Position numbers and translations under genes: made by a program. Positions 33,210 through 42,480 of a DNA stretch of 58,838 nt are shown piece by piece. Position 1 is the stretch's first letter. Each line of letters opens with the position of its first letter. The stretch is from a virus, in the IMG/VR virus record IMGVR_UViG_3300036852_000195, positions 1 to 58,838 of that record. One strand, written 5' to 3'. Under the pieces are notes generated by a model. It was not told the origin of the DNA and made no database searches. It saw only the letters and a program-made list of their open reading frames with translations.

Positions 33210-33218
33210 TGCTATAAT
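33210..33218 (+). promoter_or_regulatory. Extended -10 promoter (TGcTATAAT) plus a 9-bp leader hairpin ending at the start codon
   Basis: TGcTATAAT at 33210-33218. Hairpin GAGCGAACA/TGTTCGCTC at 33220-33254 abuts the ATG at 33255. Confidence 0.5.
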
Positions 33219-33254
33219 TGAGCGAACATCCAACCCTGTGAAAGGTGTTCGCTC

Positions 33255-33509
33255 ATGCCTGTTATCAAATACGAACAGAAGCGCGTTTATAACTTCCCGT
33301 ATGTCGTGGTCATCATTTTCTATCAAAACGGTACAAATGAATACTACGATTTGCCTTTTCCGATGCTGGGATATAAATCTGCGGGTGAAGCTTTTTTTGT
33401 TCAATGGCTTAGATTTCAAAGACGGATGGCTTGTGTTCACAGACGTTCAAAAAACGTTTTACGCAATGCCAATTGCATCTATTTTGAGAATCGAATGCGA
33501 AATCATTGA
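33255..33509 (+). CDS. Hypothetical small protein (accessory insert)
   Basis: 84-aa ORF in a visibly AT-richer stretch, with its own promoter and hairpin. Confidence 0.4.
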   Translation: MPVIKYEQKRVYNFPYVVVIIFYQNGTNEYYDLPFPMLGYKSAGEAFFVQWLRFQRRMACVHRRSKNVLRNANCIYFENRMRNH

Positions 33510-34114
33510 AATGGATTCGCAATAACTGCTATAATGGCTTGAATCCAACCGTATGGGGGGCTGCGCGGACAAATACTCACGCAGCCTCTAGAAAACGCTT
33601 AAATATGCCTTATAGCTCGATTTCCGCCCCTTCCAGAGGATTGTTAACCATTACAGCGCAGCAATTATTCAAGCTGCTGCAACAAGGCGCGATTTTACAA
33701 TCCGTTCACAACCCGTTTGAACAATCATATATTCACGAATTGATTACGCGCATTCCTGATGGACGGGTTTATCAGCGGATTTCTGTTGATCTTATCAACG
33801 AACTGCTCAGTCAGCATAAAATCCGTAGAACTGAATACCGCCCCTGGAATGGTGCGGTAAATTATTTCTACAATCTCATGATCGTGTGTAATGCAGTTGA
33901 ACTGCTGGAACTGATGCAGACCGGGGCAATATTAACCAGTCGTTGGCGCTACGGGAAGCGCATCAATAATTTAAAATTGCCAACGGGTGAAAGTCTGACT
34001 GTTCAATACAGCAATGTTCAATCGCTGCTGAAACATGGTAAGATTTACAGCATTCCGCTATCCGGTGACAATTACGATTATTATCTGGTGAAACCTCCAT
34101 GCCCTACAACTTAA
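33506..34114 (+). CDS. Hypothetical protein with an internal duplication
   Basis: ORF from 33506, or from the ATG at 33605 if the 33527 promoter is used. Two related segments: LFKLLQQGAILQS and LLELMQTGAILTS. Confidence 0.45.
   Translation: MKWIRNNCYNGLNPTVWGAARTNTHAASRKRLNMPYSSISAPSRGLLTITAQQLFKLLQQGAILQSVHNPFEQSYIHELITRIPDGRVYQRISVDLINELLSQHKIRRTEYRPWNGAVNYFYNLMIVCNAVELLELMQTGAILTSRWRYGKRINNLKLPTGESLTVQYSNVQSLLKHGKIYSIPLSGDNYDYYLVKPPCPTT
33527..33535 (+). promoter_or_regulatory. Extended -10 motif (TGcTATAAT) plus leader hairpin. Lies inside the 33506 ORF if that start is real.
   Basis: TGcTATAAT at 33527-33535. Hairpin GGCTGCG/CGCAGCC at 33559-33586. The leader shares atccaacc with the 33210 leader. 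Confidence 0.4.
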
Positions 34115-37100
34115 AGCCAACCTATATCTCCCGCGATGTACCACAGTATTTTGATGATGTGCTTTCCGATAGTTCTTCCTGGCAGGCCGATGTGTATCGG
34201 CTGGCTGCAACACTCGCCCGCGAAAAAGGCATTCAGCGATTGGTGGATATTGGCTGCGGTAGGGGCGAAAAGCTCAAACCGTTGGCTGCTGAATTCAAAA
34301 TTGCAGGAATTGATTACGAAGCAAATATTGATGCTTTCGCGATCAATATCCCTGGTTCGGATCATTATTTCAGCAATCTTGAAACCGCAATTGAACCACC
34401 TGCGCTTTTTAAAGACTCGGTTGTTATTTGCGCTGATGTGATCGAACACTTGATTGATCCGTCAGCCCTGCTGGAAACATTGCGTAACGCTGCGTATACA
34501 GCTAATTATGTTCTCGTTTCCACGCCTGACCGGATGCGTGTTCACAAAAAGGATCACAACGGACCGCCCGTGAACCAATACCACGCCCGCGAATGGACGC
34601 TGGATGAACTCGTTGGCTGGTTCGAGCAAGAAGGTTTGCCCGTCAAATGGGCAGGCTGGACGATCAGCAATGACAACCGCCCTGAGCAGCGCTGGACGAG
34701 TCTGGTTATTTTGTCACAGCATGAAACGATTGACAGTCTTCCAATCACGTTTCAGCCTGCGCCCCAATATCGAAAGGTGTCTAAGAGTAACGGTTCAAAC
34801 CGTTTGAAAGTGTGGATGACGCCCACGCCCAGCGAGGCCGGACGCGATACCACCAATGCGATCCACCAGATCGTCTGTCGACTGGATGGCTTGCTGCCGG
34901 ATTATGACATTGAACTGATTGAGCATCCCGATAACGCTGATTTGCGCGTGGGTCATGCCGGACAGGGGAGCGATGGACCGATTGACGTGGCGCATTATCA
35001 TGGGTTGTACAACACGGCGGGCGGGCATGACGCAGCGCACTTCTTCGCCATCAACTCCCATGTGATCCGCAACCTGCGGGCGGCGAAGATTGTCACCGCG
35101 CCGTCTGAATGGATTGCCGACGTGCTGCGGCGCGATATGCACCTGTCCCCTGATATAGTGGGCTGGGGCGTGGATGTGAACGAGTGGGCGCCCGTTACCG
35201 ATCCAGGGTTATACGTGCTGTGGAACAAGGCGCGCACCGACGCGGTGAGCGATCCAACGCCAATGCTGCAACTGGCGGCGATGGCTCCCCAAGTGCCGTT
35301 CCTGACCACGTTTGGAGAGGGCAGGCAGAACGTTAAGACCATCGGCAGACAACCGTATGAGGTCATGAAAGATTATGTACGTAATGCCTCCGTCTATCTG
35401 GCAACGGTTACGGAAACTTTTGGGATCGCGACGGTTGAAGCGATGGCGTCCGGCGTCCCCGTCCTCGGCTTTAGGCACGGGAATACTGCTCACTTGGTTG
35501 AGCACGGAGTCACGGGATTCCTGGCAGAGCCGGGAGACATTGAAGGACTCTACGAAGGGCTGAAATATTGCCTCAAGTATCGGGATCGTCTGGGCGCGAA
35601 TGCGCGCGAGGCCGCTAAATTCTATACCTGGGATCGGGTGGCGCAGTCGATGGCAGCGATCTATCGGCGGGCGCTGGAACCGCACCAGGGCGTGAAAGTC
35701 AGTGTGATTATCCCCTGCCACAACTATGCGGAATATGTTCAACAAGCAATTATCAGCGTCCAGGAACAGCAAACAACTTTCGATTATGAAATTATCGTTG
35801 TGCTAGATCGTTGCACAGATACAAGTTATCAAGCGGCAATGATTTCTCATATGGCGAACACCAATCAACACTGTAATTCTTTCAGTATAAAAGTCGATAA
35901 CGGTAGTTTATCTGCAACCCGCAACGATGGCATCAAGGCGGCAACAGGCGAGTATATTGTCTGTCTGGATGCCGATGATCGCCTGGGTTCAGCCTTATTT
36001 TTGCAAACTCTGAGCGATGCCCTGGATCGTGACCGCACGTTGGGCATCGCTTTTACATCGATTCGGTTCATGAACGCAGCCGGGGAATTAGGCCATTTGT
36101 CCACATGGCCGAAGGGGTTTGACTTTGAAGCCCAGGCCGCGCGGCGCAATCAAATCCCGTCCTGTTGCATGTTCCGCAAGGAAGCCTGGGCGCGCGCGGG
36201 TGGGTTTCGCCCCTGGTTCAAATACGCCGAAGATGCTGAATTTTGGACAACCGTTCTGGGCATCGGTTATGGAGCAAAACATGTGGTTGAGGATGGTTGG
36301 TTCCAGTATCGGCTGCACAGCAAATCCGCTTCGCAGGTTCACCGCACGGGCGAAGTGAAAGAACCCGACTGGACAGAATTTCACCCCTGGACGAAAGACG
36401 GTCAGCGCCCCTTTGCAGCAGGTGGCAAACCGCCGCTGGGTTCGTGGCCTGTTCGGTTTTATCTGAACCCTGAAATCAGCGTGATTATCCCAGTGGGGGA
36501 AGGTCACGAGGAATTGGTTAAAGACGCGCTGCATAGCGTGGAAGGCCAGACGTTCCGCATGTGGGAATGTATCGTAGTCAACGATACCATCACAAAACTC
36601 GATTTAAGCGGGTTTCCCTGGGCAAAGGTGGTTAATCAACTAGCAGGTGAGGGCGCAGGCGCAGCGCGCAACCTGGGCGCAAAATCAGCCAATTCTCCAT
36701 TCCTGGTGTTTCTGGACGCCGACGATATTTTGAAACCCACGTTTTTAGAGCGAACGCTGGAAACTTACAAGCATCACGGACGCTATGCTTATACCGACTG
36801 GATGACCGATGATCGGCGCGGCAAGGTGGAAGTACATCCGACGCCGGAATACGGGCGCGAATCGCTCTGGGATCATCCATCACTGCATCCGGTGACGGCA
36901 CTCATTCCCCGCTATTGGTTCAATGCTGTGGGCGGGTTTGATGAAAGCCTGACCGCTTTTGAAGACGTTGATCTGTACATGAAATTTTTCGCGCACGGTT
37001 TCTGTGGGAAGCGTGTTCCCGAACCGCTGTTGGTATATAATTTGGACACGGGCAAGCGGCGAAAAGCAGGCGAAAAGACCAAGAAACAATTCCTAGCGCT

Positions 37101-37668
37101 GCTCAAAACCCGTTACAGTGATTTTATGGAGGGCAAAAAGATGTGTGATTGTGTTGATCCGCCAAAGGGCAAGCAGCCCGCGCCGCCATCGCCGGATAAC
37201 GCGGAAGAATATCGCGCTGCATACGGCGAAATGATCCTGGTGCAATACACGTTTCAGTATGCGGGCGACTCCGCCGTGACGCTGCTCGGTCCCGGCACGA
37301 AGGCCAACTATGGCGCGCGGGCAAAGAACGACGTGTTTTACGTCTGGGAAGCTGACCTGATAGCGGGCGGCGATATGTTCACCCGTGTTGAACATTACGA
37401 TGTGCAGCCGCAGCCAACGATTGTTCCGCCTGCGCCCGAACCTTTAATTGCTTCAACAATGCAATATCAGCCAGCGAGAGAAGTTGAATTGAAAGGTTTT
37501 GCGGGCGAAGAAGAAATCGTTTATGACCAAAGCGGGAAAATCCCTCTCGCAATGTTCAAAAACGATACAATTGAAGGCAAACTTGCAGAACAAAAAGCGT
37601 TGCCCAAGAAAACAACCCCGCCGCGCGGCGCACGTAAAACGAAAGCGACACGGCGCAAAACATCATGA
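34099..37668 (+). CDS. Multidomain methyltransferase-GT1(GT4-like)-GT2-GT2 glycosylation enzyme
   Basis: SAM motif I: LVDIGCGRGEKL. GT1: ETFGIATVEAMASGVPVLGF...GVTGFL. GT2 twice: VSVIIPCHNYAEYVQQAI...CLDADD and ISVIIPVGEGHEELVKDAL...FLDADD. Basic C-terminal tail. Confidence 0.85.
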   Translation: MPYNLKPTYISRDVPQYFDDVLSDSSSWQADVYRLAATLAREKGIQRLVDIGCGRGEKLKPLAAEFKIAGIDYEANIDAFAINIPGSDHYFSNLETAIEPPALFKDSVVICADVIEHLIDPSALLETLRNAAYTANYVLVSTPDRMRVHKKDHNGPPVNQYHAREWTLDELVGWFEQEGLPVKWAGWTISNDNRPEQRWTSLVILSQHETIDSLPITFQPAPQYRKVSKSNGSNRLKVWMTPTPSEAGRDTTNAIHQIVCRLDGLLPDYDIELIEHPDNADLRVGHAGQGSDGPIDVAHYHGLYNTAGGHDAAHFFAINSHVIRNLRAAKIVTAPSEWIADVLRRDMHLSPDIVGWGVDVNEWAPVTDPGLYVLWNKARTDAVSDPTPMLQLAAMAPQVPFLTTFGEGRQNVKTIGRQPYEVMKDYVRNASVYLATVTETFGIATVEAMASGVPVLGFRHGNTAHLVEHGVTGFLAEPGDIEGLYEGLKYCLKYRDRLGANAREAAKFYTWDRVAQSMAAIYRRALEPHQGVKVSVIIPCHNYAEYVQQAIISVQEQQTTFDYEIIVVLDRCTDTSYQAAMISHMANTNQHCNSFSIKVDNGSLSATRNDGIKAATGEYIVCLDADDRLGSALFLQTLSDALDRDRTLGIAFTSIRFMNAAGELGHLSTWPKGFDFEAQAARRNQIPSCCMFRKEAWARAGGFRPWFKYAEDAEFWTTVLGIGYGAKHVVEDGWFQYRLHSKSASQVHRTGEVKEPDWTEFHPWTKDGQRPFAAGGKPPLGSWPVRFYLNPEISVIIPVGEGHEELVKDALHSVEGQTFRMWECIVVNDTITKLDLSGFPWAKVVNQLAGEGAGAARNLGAKSANSPFLVFLDADDILKPTFLERTLETYKHHGRYAYTDWMTDDRRGKVEVHPTPEYGRESLWDHPSLHPVTALIPRYWFNAVGGFDESLTAFEDVDLYMKFFAHGFCGKRVPEPLLVYNLDTGKRRKAGEKTKKQFLALLKTRYSDFMEGKKMCDCVDPPKGKQPAPPSPDNAEEYRAAYGEMILVQYTFQYAGDSAVTLLGPGTKANYGARAKNDVFYVWEADLIAGGDMFTRVEHYDVQPQPTIVPPAPEPLIASTMQYQPAREVELKGFAGEEEIVYDQSGKIPLAMFKNDTIEGKLAEQKALPKKTTPPRGARKTKATRRKTS

Positions 37669-38009
37669 CAGACCGCGAATTGCTTGAGCAGCTATTCAAT
37701 TTCCTGGTCAATCGCAACTTTGTGCAGGGCGAAGAAGCCGTTGTCAGGGACATGGTAAAGCGGTATAAGCAACCGCCGCTCACCATGTATCATCTGGTGT
37801 GTATGCAGATGACGATGGAAGATTACCGCAAGCTGGAAAAGCTGCTTGAACAAATACTGGCGCGGTTCGATCCGAACGTGATTGCCGTTGAGGAAATTGC
37901 GAATATTGACGCATTAAAACCGGGCAATCTTGTTAGATCAGCAGACGGCAAACGTCTTTATGAAGTTAATGCCCTGCCTGTTGAGGAAACCGTTCATGAC
38001 GCTGTTTGA
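37665..38009 (+). CDS. Hypothetical protein
   Basis: 114-aa ORF with ATGA coupling to the glycosyltransferase gene. Confidence 0.5.
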   Translation: MTDRELLEQLFNFLVNRNFVQGEEAVVRDMVKRYKQPPLTMYHLVCMQMTMEDYRKLEKLLEQILARFDPNVIAVEEIANIDALKPGNLVRSADGKRLYEVNALPVEETVHDAV

Positions 38010-38325
38010 AATCTTCTTCATTGCAGCCCTGGCAACCTATCGTTGGACACTGATGCTCAATAACGAATCGGGTCCCGCGCATATCTTCACCCGTTTCCGT
38101 ACTCGCGTCGGCGTCAAGTTCGATGAGTACAGCAATCCGGTTGCCAGCAATTGGGTTGCTGAGGGCGTTCTCTGTCCCTTCTGCCTATCGGTATGGGTCG
38201 GTATCGCTGTAACGCTCCTAGTGGCCTTTACAGCGGTTTTAGGGCATGTTGAGATCGGTGTCTATATGTTGTTTCCGTTCGCGCTATCCGGCGTCACGGT
38301 TTATCTCAAGAAGGCGGTGGGTTGA
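37996..38325 (+). CDS. DUF1360-like integral membrane protein
   Basis: MTLFEIFFIAALATYRWTLML...GVLCPFCLSVWVGIAVTLLVAF, with three hydrophobic helices and a CPFC motif. Confidence 0.5.
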   Translation: MTLFEIFFIAALATYRWTLMLNNESGPAHIFTRFRTRVGVKFDEYSNPVASNWVAEGVLCPFCLSVWVGIAVTLLVAFTAVLGHVEIGVYMLFPFALSGVTVYLKKAVG

Positions 38326-38331
38326 GTTTTG

Positions 38332-38340
38332 TAGTATAAT
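38332..38340 (+). promoter_or_regulatory. TATAAT cassette promoter (TAgTATAAT) plus leader hairpin for GIY-YIG #3
   Basis: TATAAT at 38335-38340. Hairpin GCCTGC...GCAGGC at 38356-38386. Confidence 0.45.
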
Positions 38341-38411
38341 AGAGGAATAAAAAGAGCCTGCCGCGTAGCCGTAAACTACCGCAGGCACTACGACTTTCAA
38401 GGAGTCACAGC

Positions 38412-39092
38412 ATGTCTATCAGTATACCAAAAACCTCCGGTATCTACAAAATCACCTGCACGGCAAATGGGTTGATTTATGTGGGTTCTGCCAAAAGTTT
38501 ATTCCATCGCTGGAATAAGCATCGTAGTGAACTGCGAAACAATAAACACTTCAATCCGCGTCTACAAAATGCTTACAATAAATATGGCGAAGATGCTTTC
38601 ACGTTTGAAGTTCTTGAACTGGTGATGCCCTGGTCGAGAATTGATCGTGAAAATCATTGGTTGAAACAACTTGAACCCTACAAACGAGAAATTGGTTTCA
38701 ATGTTGGGATGGCAGCAGATAATGGTATGACGGGGCGAAAACACACACTTGAGACGCGGGTTAAGCAGGGCGCTAAAGCAAAAGGACGACAGCATTCATC
38801 TGAAAGCCGCAAACTGATGAGTGCGCAGCGTAAAGGTTTGAAAAAGTCCCCGGAACACAAGAACAAAATCAGTGTAACGCACATGGGGATGAAACAGTCT
38901 CCTGAAATTTTAGCGAAAATCGCGGATACGTTGTCAAAAAACTACATTGTGATTGATCCAGATGGCAATGAAATCGCTGTCCGCAATCTGAATCAGTTTT
39001 GTAAAGACAATGGTCTAAGTCAATGCCATATGTCGGAAGTAGCAAATGGGAAAGCCCGCCATCACAAAGGATGGAGGTGCAGTAAGGAGTAA
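38412..39092 (+). CDS. GIY-YIG homing endonuclease #3
   Basis: GIYKITCTANGLIYVGSAKSLFHRWNKHRSEL. NUMOD3-like repeats. C-terminal NLNQFCKDNGLSQCHMSEVANGKARHHKGW, closest to #1. Confidence 0.85.
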   Translation: MSISIPKTSGIYKITCTANGLIYVGSAKSLFHRWNKHRSELRNNKHFNPRLQNAYNKYGEDAFTFEVLELVMPWSRIDRENHWLKQLEPYKREIGFNVGMAADNGMTGRKHTLETRVKQGAKAKGRQHSSESRKLMSAQRKGLKKSPEHKNKISVTHMGMKQSPEILAKIADTLSKNYIVIDPDGNEIAVRNLNQFCKDNGLSQCHMSEVANGKARHHKGWRCSKE

Positions 39093-39097
39093 TCAAT

Positions 39098-40321
39098 TTG
39101 GCTCGTGCAAGCACCGTCACTGGACTTCCAATCGACACCTGGGGGGCGATATTAGGTTTCTCGCCCTGGGAACTAAATAACTGTAAATTTCCTTTAGCTA
39201 AATCCGCCCAATGTAGTGACGTAACATATCAATTTCCCTGGCAACACGATCATCTCTCAAGAGAGGAGATCGCGGAGGCTATTGCGAATGCGGAGAAAAT
39301 GTTAGCCGATGAGCTACTCTACTGGTTATTTCCCAAGTATTTTGTGGGCGAAGTACAGCAATATACCCGTCCGCATCAGCGTGAATTGTTCGGCTTTGCA
39401 GGTGATCCGCGCGGCAATTGGAAAACGGTTCAACTGAACTGGAAGAAAATTGTCAGCGGCGGCGCATTCAACCGCACGGTGATTGGCACAATCCTTGCAG
39501 CCGCTATAACATTCCTGGATGAAGACGGCGACGGCATTTTTGAAACCTTTCAAGCAACGATCACCGACGCGGTGATTGGCAACATAACTCATCCCTATGA
39601 ACTGGTGCTGTATTTCCCCGCACAATTCCGGCACGGCGAGGACATTGGGGAAACCTGGCGCGTCCGCCCGATCACGGTTTCGATCAGCGGCAATACAGCC
39701 ACTTTTCGCGGGCATCGCACCTTACTCGTCAACCCGCAAAAGGAATTCGGCGTGTCGGCGTCCCCGTTCGATCCAGCGCTGGCTGCGACCTATGTGGATG
39801 AATTGGAATGCGCGCGCATTTTCACTGATGATACGGCGACTGCTGCGCTGCCCTATCAAGGTGTGGCGGAGTGGAAAACCATCCCCGGCTGTACGACAGA
39901 TTGTACCTTTGAGGTTGCGCCGCTGTGCCTGGGCGAACACAATAACGATCAGGGTAGGGTATTCGCTTCATTCGGTTCACCGTCCACTTGGCCTTGCTGC
40001 TTTGATCGGGAGCCGGATCGGGTCAATGTCAATTACGTGGCTGGCCTGCCGCTGGTGGATGGTGAAATCCAGGACGAATGGGCGCGCGTAATTACCTATT
40101 TGTCAGTATCGCTGCTGGCGAACGAGAAATGCGGTTGTGACCGCAGCAATCGCATTCTGGACAAATGGCGCAAGCCCATTTTGCGCTTTGAAGACAATAA
40201 CGACGCGGGCGCGCAGGCGTTCGCTTTCAATAAAACGCCGTTGCCGATGACAACGGGCGGGCAATATGCCTGGCAACGCGTAAAGCGCAATCGTGACTTG
40301 GAGGTCGTATCAATATCATGA
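39098..40321 (+). CDS. Hypothetical virion structural protein (head-tail joining region)
   Basis: 407-aa ORF with a TTG start 7 nt after AAGGAG. Located between the capsid and tail genes. Confidence 0.5.
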   Translation: MARASTVTGLPIDTWGAILGFSPWELNNCKFPLAKSAQCSDVTYQFPWQHDHLSREEIAEAIANAEKMLADELLYWLFPKYFVGEVQQYTRPHQRELFGFAGDPRGNWKTVQLNWKKIVSGGAFNRTVIGTILAAAITFLDEDGDGIFETFQATITDAVIGNITHPYELVLYFPAQFRHGEDIGETWRVRPITVSISGNTATFRGHRTLLVNPQKEFGVSASPFDPALAATYVDELECARIFTDDTATAALPYQGVAEWKTIPGCTTDCTFEVAPLCLGEHNNDQGRVFASFGSPSTWPCCFDREPDRVNVNYVAGLPLVDGEIQDEWARVITYLSVSLLANEKCGCDRSNRILDKWRKPILRFEDNNDAGAQAFAFNKTPLPMTTGGQYAWQRVKRNRDLEVVSIS

Positions 40322-40602
40322 ATGGCGAAGATTTATATGCAGTCTACGGCAGTGTGACCGACTTCAAGAATTATCAGGGATTGCCCATGCCGTTATGGAG
40401 TAATTTAACCCCAAAAATTCAAGAGGCTTGGAACGCGGTTGCAGATGCAAAAGAGTCAACTAAAGTTGATTTGGAAATACGCGAAATGCGCCAGATTCAA
40501 CATGCGTTGATTTACGAAGGGCAATTCCAGGATGCTGGCGTTCCCGGTCATGGTCAATTCATTCTCATCGCCAAGTTAGCGAAAGCGTTAGGTATTTCAT
40601 GA
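40318..40602 (+). CDS. Hypothetical head-tail connector-region protein
   Basis: 94-aa ORF with ATGA coupling. Confidence 0.45.
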   Translation: MNGEDLYAVYGSVTDFKNYQGLPMPLWSNLTPKIQEAWNAVADAKESTKVDLEIREMRQIQHALIYEGQFQDAGVPGHGQFILIAKLAKALGIS

Positions 40603-40949
40603 CAGAGAAAAAATCAAAACAGGGCTTGGTGCGATCATCGCAACCCTACAACCGAGAAACTTACGAAGACGGCTCTGGAATACCCAGAGTCGTTTTAGTA
40701 CCCGCAGGCGAAACCGATCTGAAACGAGGCATTCCGCTTTCGTTCGATCTGTCTCCACTGTTCGGGCATATGCCAGCCGATTTCCAGCGCGAATTCTATG
40801 CAGCGCTACATGCGCAAGGCTTGGTTGAGCCTGCGGATTATTTCAAATCAGGCGCAGCCGAACGGTATCAAGCAGCGCTGCGCACTGTATTGAAGCACGA
40901 TTTCTTAAACATTCAAACATTGGCAAAAGAGGAGCTAAATCATGCCTGA
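40599..40949 (+). CDS. Hypothetical head-tail connector-region protein
   Basis: 116-aa ORF with ATGA coupling. Confidence 0.45.
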   Translation: MTEKKSKQGLVRSSQPYNRETYEDGSGIPRVVLVPAGETDLKRGIPLSFDLSPLFGHMPADFQREFYAALHAQGLVEPADYFKSGAAERYQAALRTVLKHDFLNIQTLAKEELNHA

Positions 40950-42432
40950 AGATGTGAATCTGTTAAAGAGCGGACAATCCCGAATTTTTGTACAGCCGGA
41001 CGGTTCCAGTCCGGTCAATCCCTATTCGTATGTCGGTTGTCTGTCGCTGGGTGGCCTTCAGGAGGATTTAGGCACGGGTGAACCGATCTATTGCCCTTCC
41101 TCGGAAGTGGCCGGGGTGTTCGACATTGTAGACACCACGTCGCCGCCGCCCGCGCTGCCGACAACGGACTTCACCCAGCACGCCAATCGCCAGTTGCAGG
41201 ATTTCTGGTGGGATTTGCGCCGCCGTAAGTGTGAATTTAACGCTAAGATCAAAAATTCAAACTGCGCACGCCCTGATGATCCAGACGATTTTGAGTCGAT
41301 GATTATCCTGCGCCGCAATAAGATGACTGCTTTCAATACGGGCGCATTCAATGCCCTGGATGCAGACGCGGTTGTTGACCTGACGGGAACGCTGCAATCG
41401 CTGGGTTTTGATCGCTTTTTGCCGATGACCTTTGGCGAAGTGGCGGAAAACTCCGCCTTCTCAGAAGCGCTGGACGGCATTTATGCCGATAAAATCCAGT
41501 GTGGGAACTGCGGCGCACAATCCGATGGTTGCCAGAAATCTTACGTGCTGGCGAAGACTGAAACCGCGTCCCCGGCATCACCCGCGTCCATCATCTACAC
41601 AGCGGACAATTGGGGCACATCCGGCCACGATTTCATCACCACGCTGGGCATCCAAACCGCCAACAAACTGGCGCAAGTTGGACAGCGCATTGTGGTGATT
41701 TCGGAAACCGATGAAGCCCATCATTACAAACTGCAATCGTCCATCGACAATGGCACGGTGGGCGGCTGGACGCGCGTAGCGACGGGATACGTGGCAACCA
41801 AAGGTCCGCAGGCCATTTGGAGCAAATCGCCCAGCGAAACTTATGTTGCAGCGGAAGGCGGATATGTCTATTTCATGGCAAATCCAGCCGCAGCCGTAAC
41901 CGTGCTGACCGATGGCAGCGTGACCACGCAAAACCTGAACGACATTCGCGGCAAAGGCCGAACGATTGTCGCGGTGGGTGCGTCCAACGCTGTGATTGTG
42001 TCCTACAACGGCGGGTCAACTTGGTCACTGGTGACGGGTCCCGCAGTCGGTATCGTCTTGAACACGGTTGAGGTCATTAATGACTCGATCTGGTTCATCG
42101 GCGCGGCCAACGGCACAAGCTATTACACCATCAACAAGGGCGTGACCTGGGTTGCCAATTCGCCCGATGCGCTGATTACGTCAGTGACCAAAATCCGCTT
42201 TGTGGACGAGATTGTGGGTTACATGACCGCCACTCTGAGCGGTTCGGTGCGCATCTATCGCACGGCGGATAATGGCTACTCCTGGCATTACGACGGCTCG
42301 TATGTGGGTGGCGTTCCCGCTGCTCTAGCTTATGATTTCGTCACACCTTGCCCCGGCAATTACAACATTGCGCTGGCGGGCGGATTGGCGGCGACTGGCA
42401 CAGACGGTGTTTTGGCGCTGGGCGTTGGTTAA
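40942..42432 (+). CDS. Putative major tail (tube) protein with a C-terminal BNR/Asp-box beta-propeller-like domain
   Basis: Position just upstream of the chaperone pair and tape measure. Asp-box-like motifs: TADNWGTS, SYNGGSTWS, TINKGVTWV, TADNGYSWH. Confidence 0.5.
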   Translation: MPEDVNLLKSGQSRIFVQPDGSSPVNPYSYVGCLSLGGLQEDLGTGEPIYCPSSEVAGVFDIVDTTSPPPALPTTDFTQHANRQLQDFWWDLRRRKCEFNAKIKNSNCARPDDPDDFESMIILRRNKMTAFNTGAFNALDADAVVDLTGTLQSLGFDRFLPMTFGEVAENSAFSEALDGIYADKIQCGNCGAQSDGCQKSYVLAKTETASPASPASIIYTADNWGTSGHDFITTLGIQTANKLAQVGQRIVVISETDEAHHYKLQSSIDNGTVGGWTRVATGYVATKGPQAIWSKSPSETYVAAEGGYVYFMANPAAAVTVLTDGSVTTQNLNDIRGKGRTIVAVGASNAVIVSYNGGSTWSLVTGPAVGIVLNTVEVINDSIWFIGAANGTSYYTINKGVTWVANSPDALITSVTKIRFVDEIVGYMTATLSGSVRIYRTADNGYSWHYDGSYVGGVPAALAYDFVTPCPGNYNIALAGGLAATGTDGVLALGVG

Positions 42433-42437
42433 TCTGC

Positions 42438-42445
42438 TGTATAAT
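42438..42445 (+). promoter_or_regulatory. TGTATAAT promoter-like motif
   Basis: gcTGTATAATaacg, 36 nt upstream of the ATG at 42481. Confidence 0.4.
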
Positions 42446-42480
42446 AACGACAGTTAATTTATAGCTGAGGAAACCAACCA

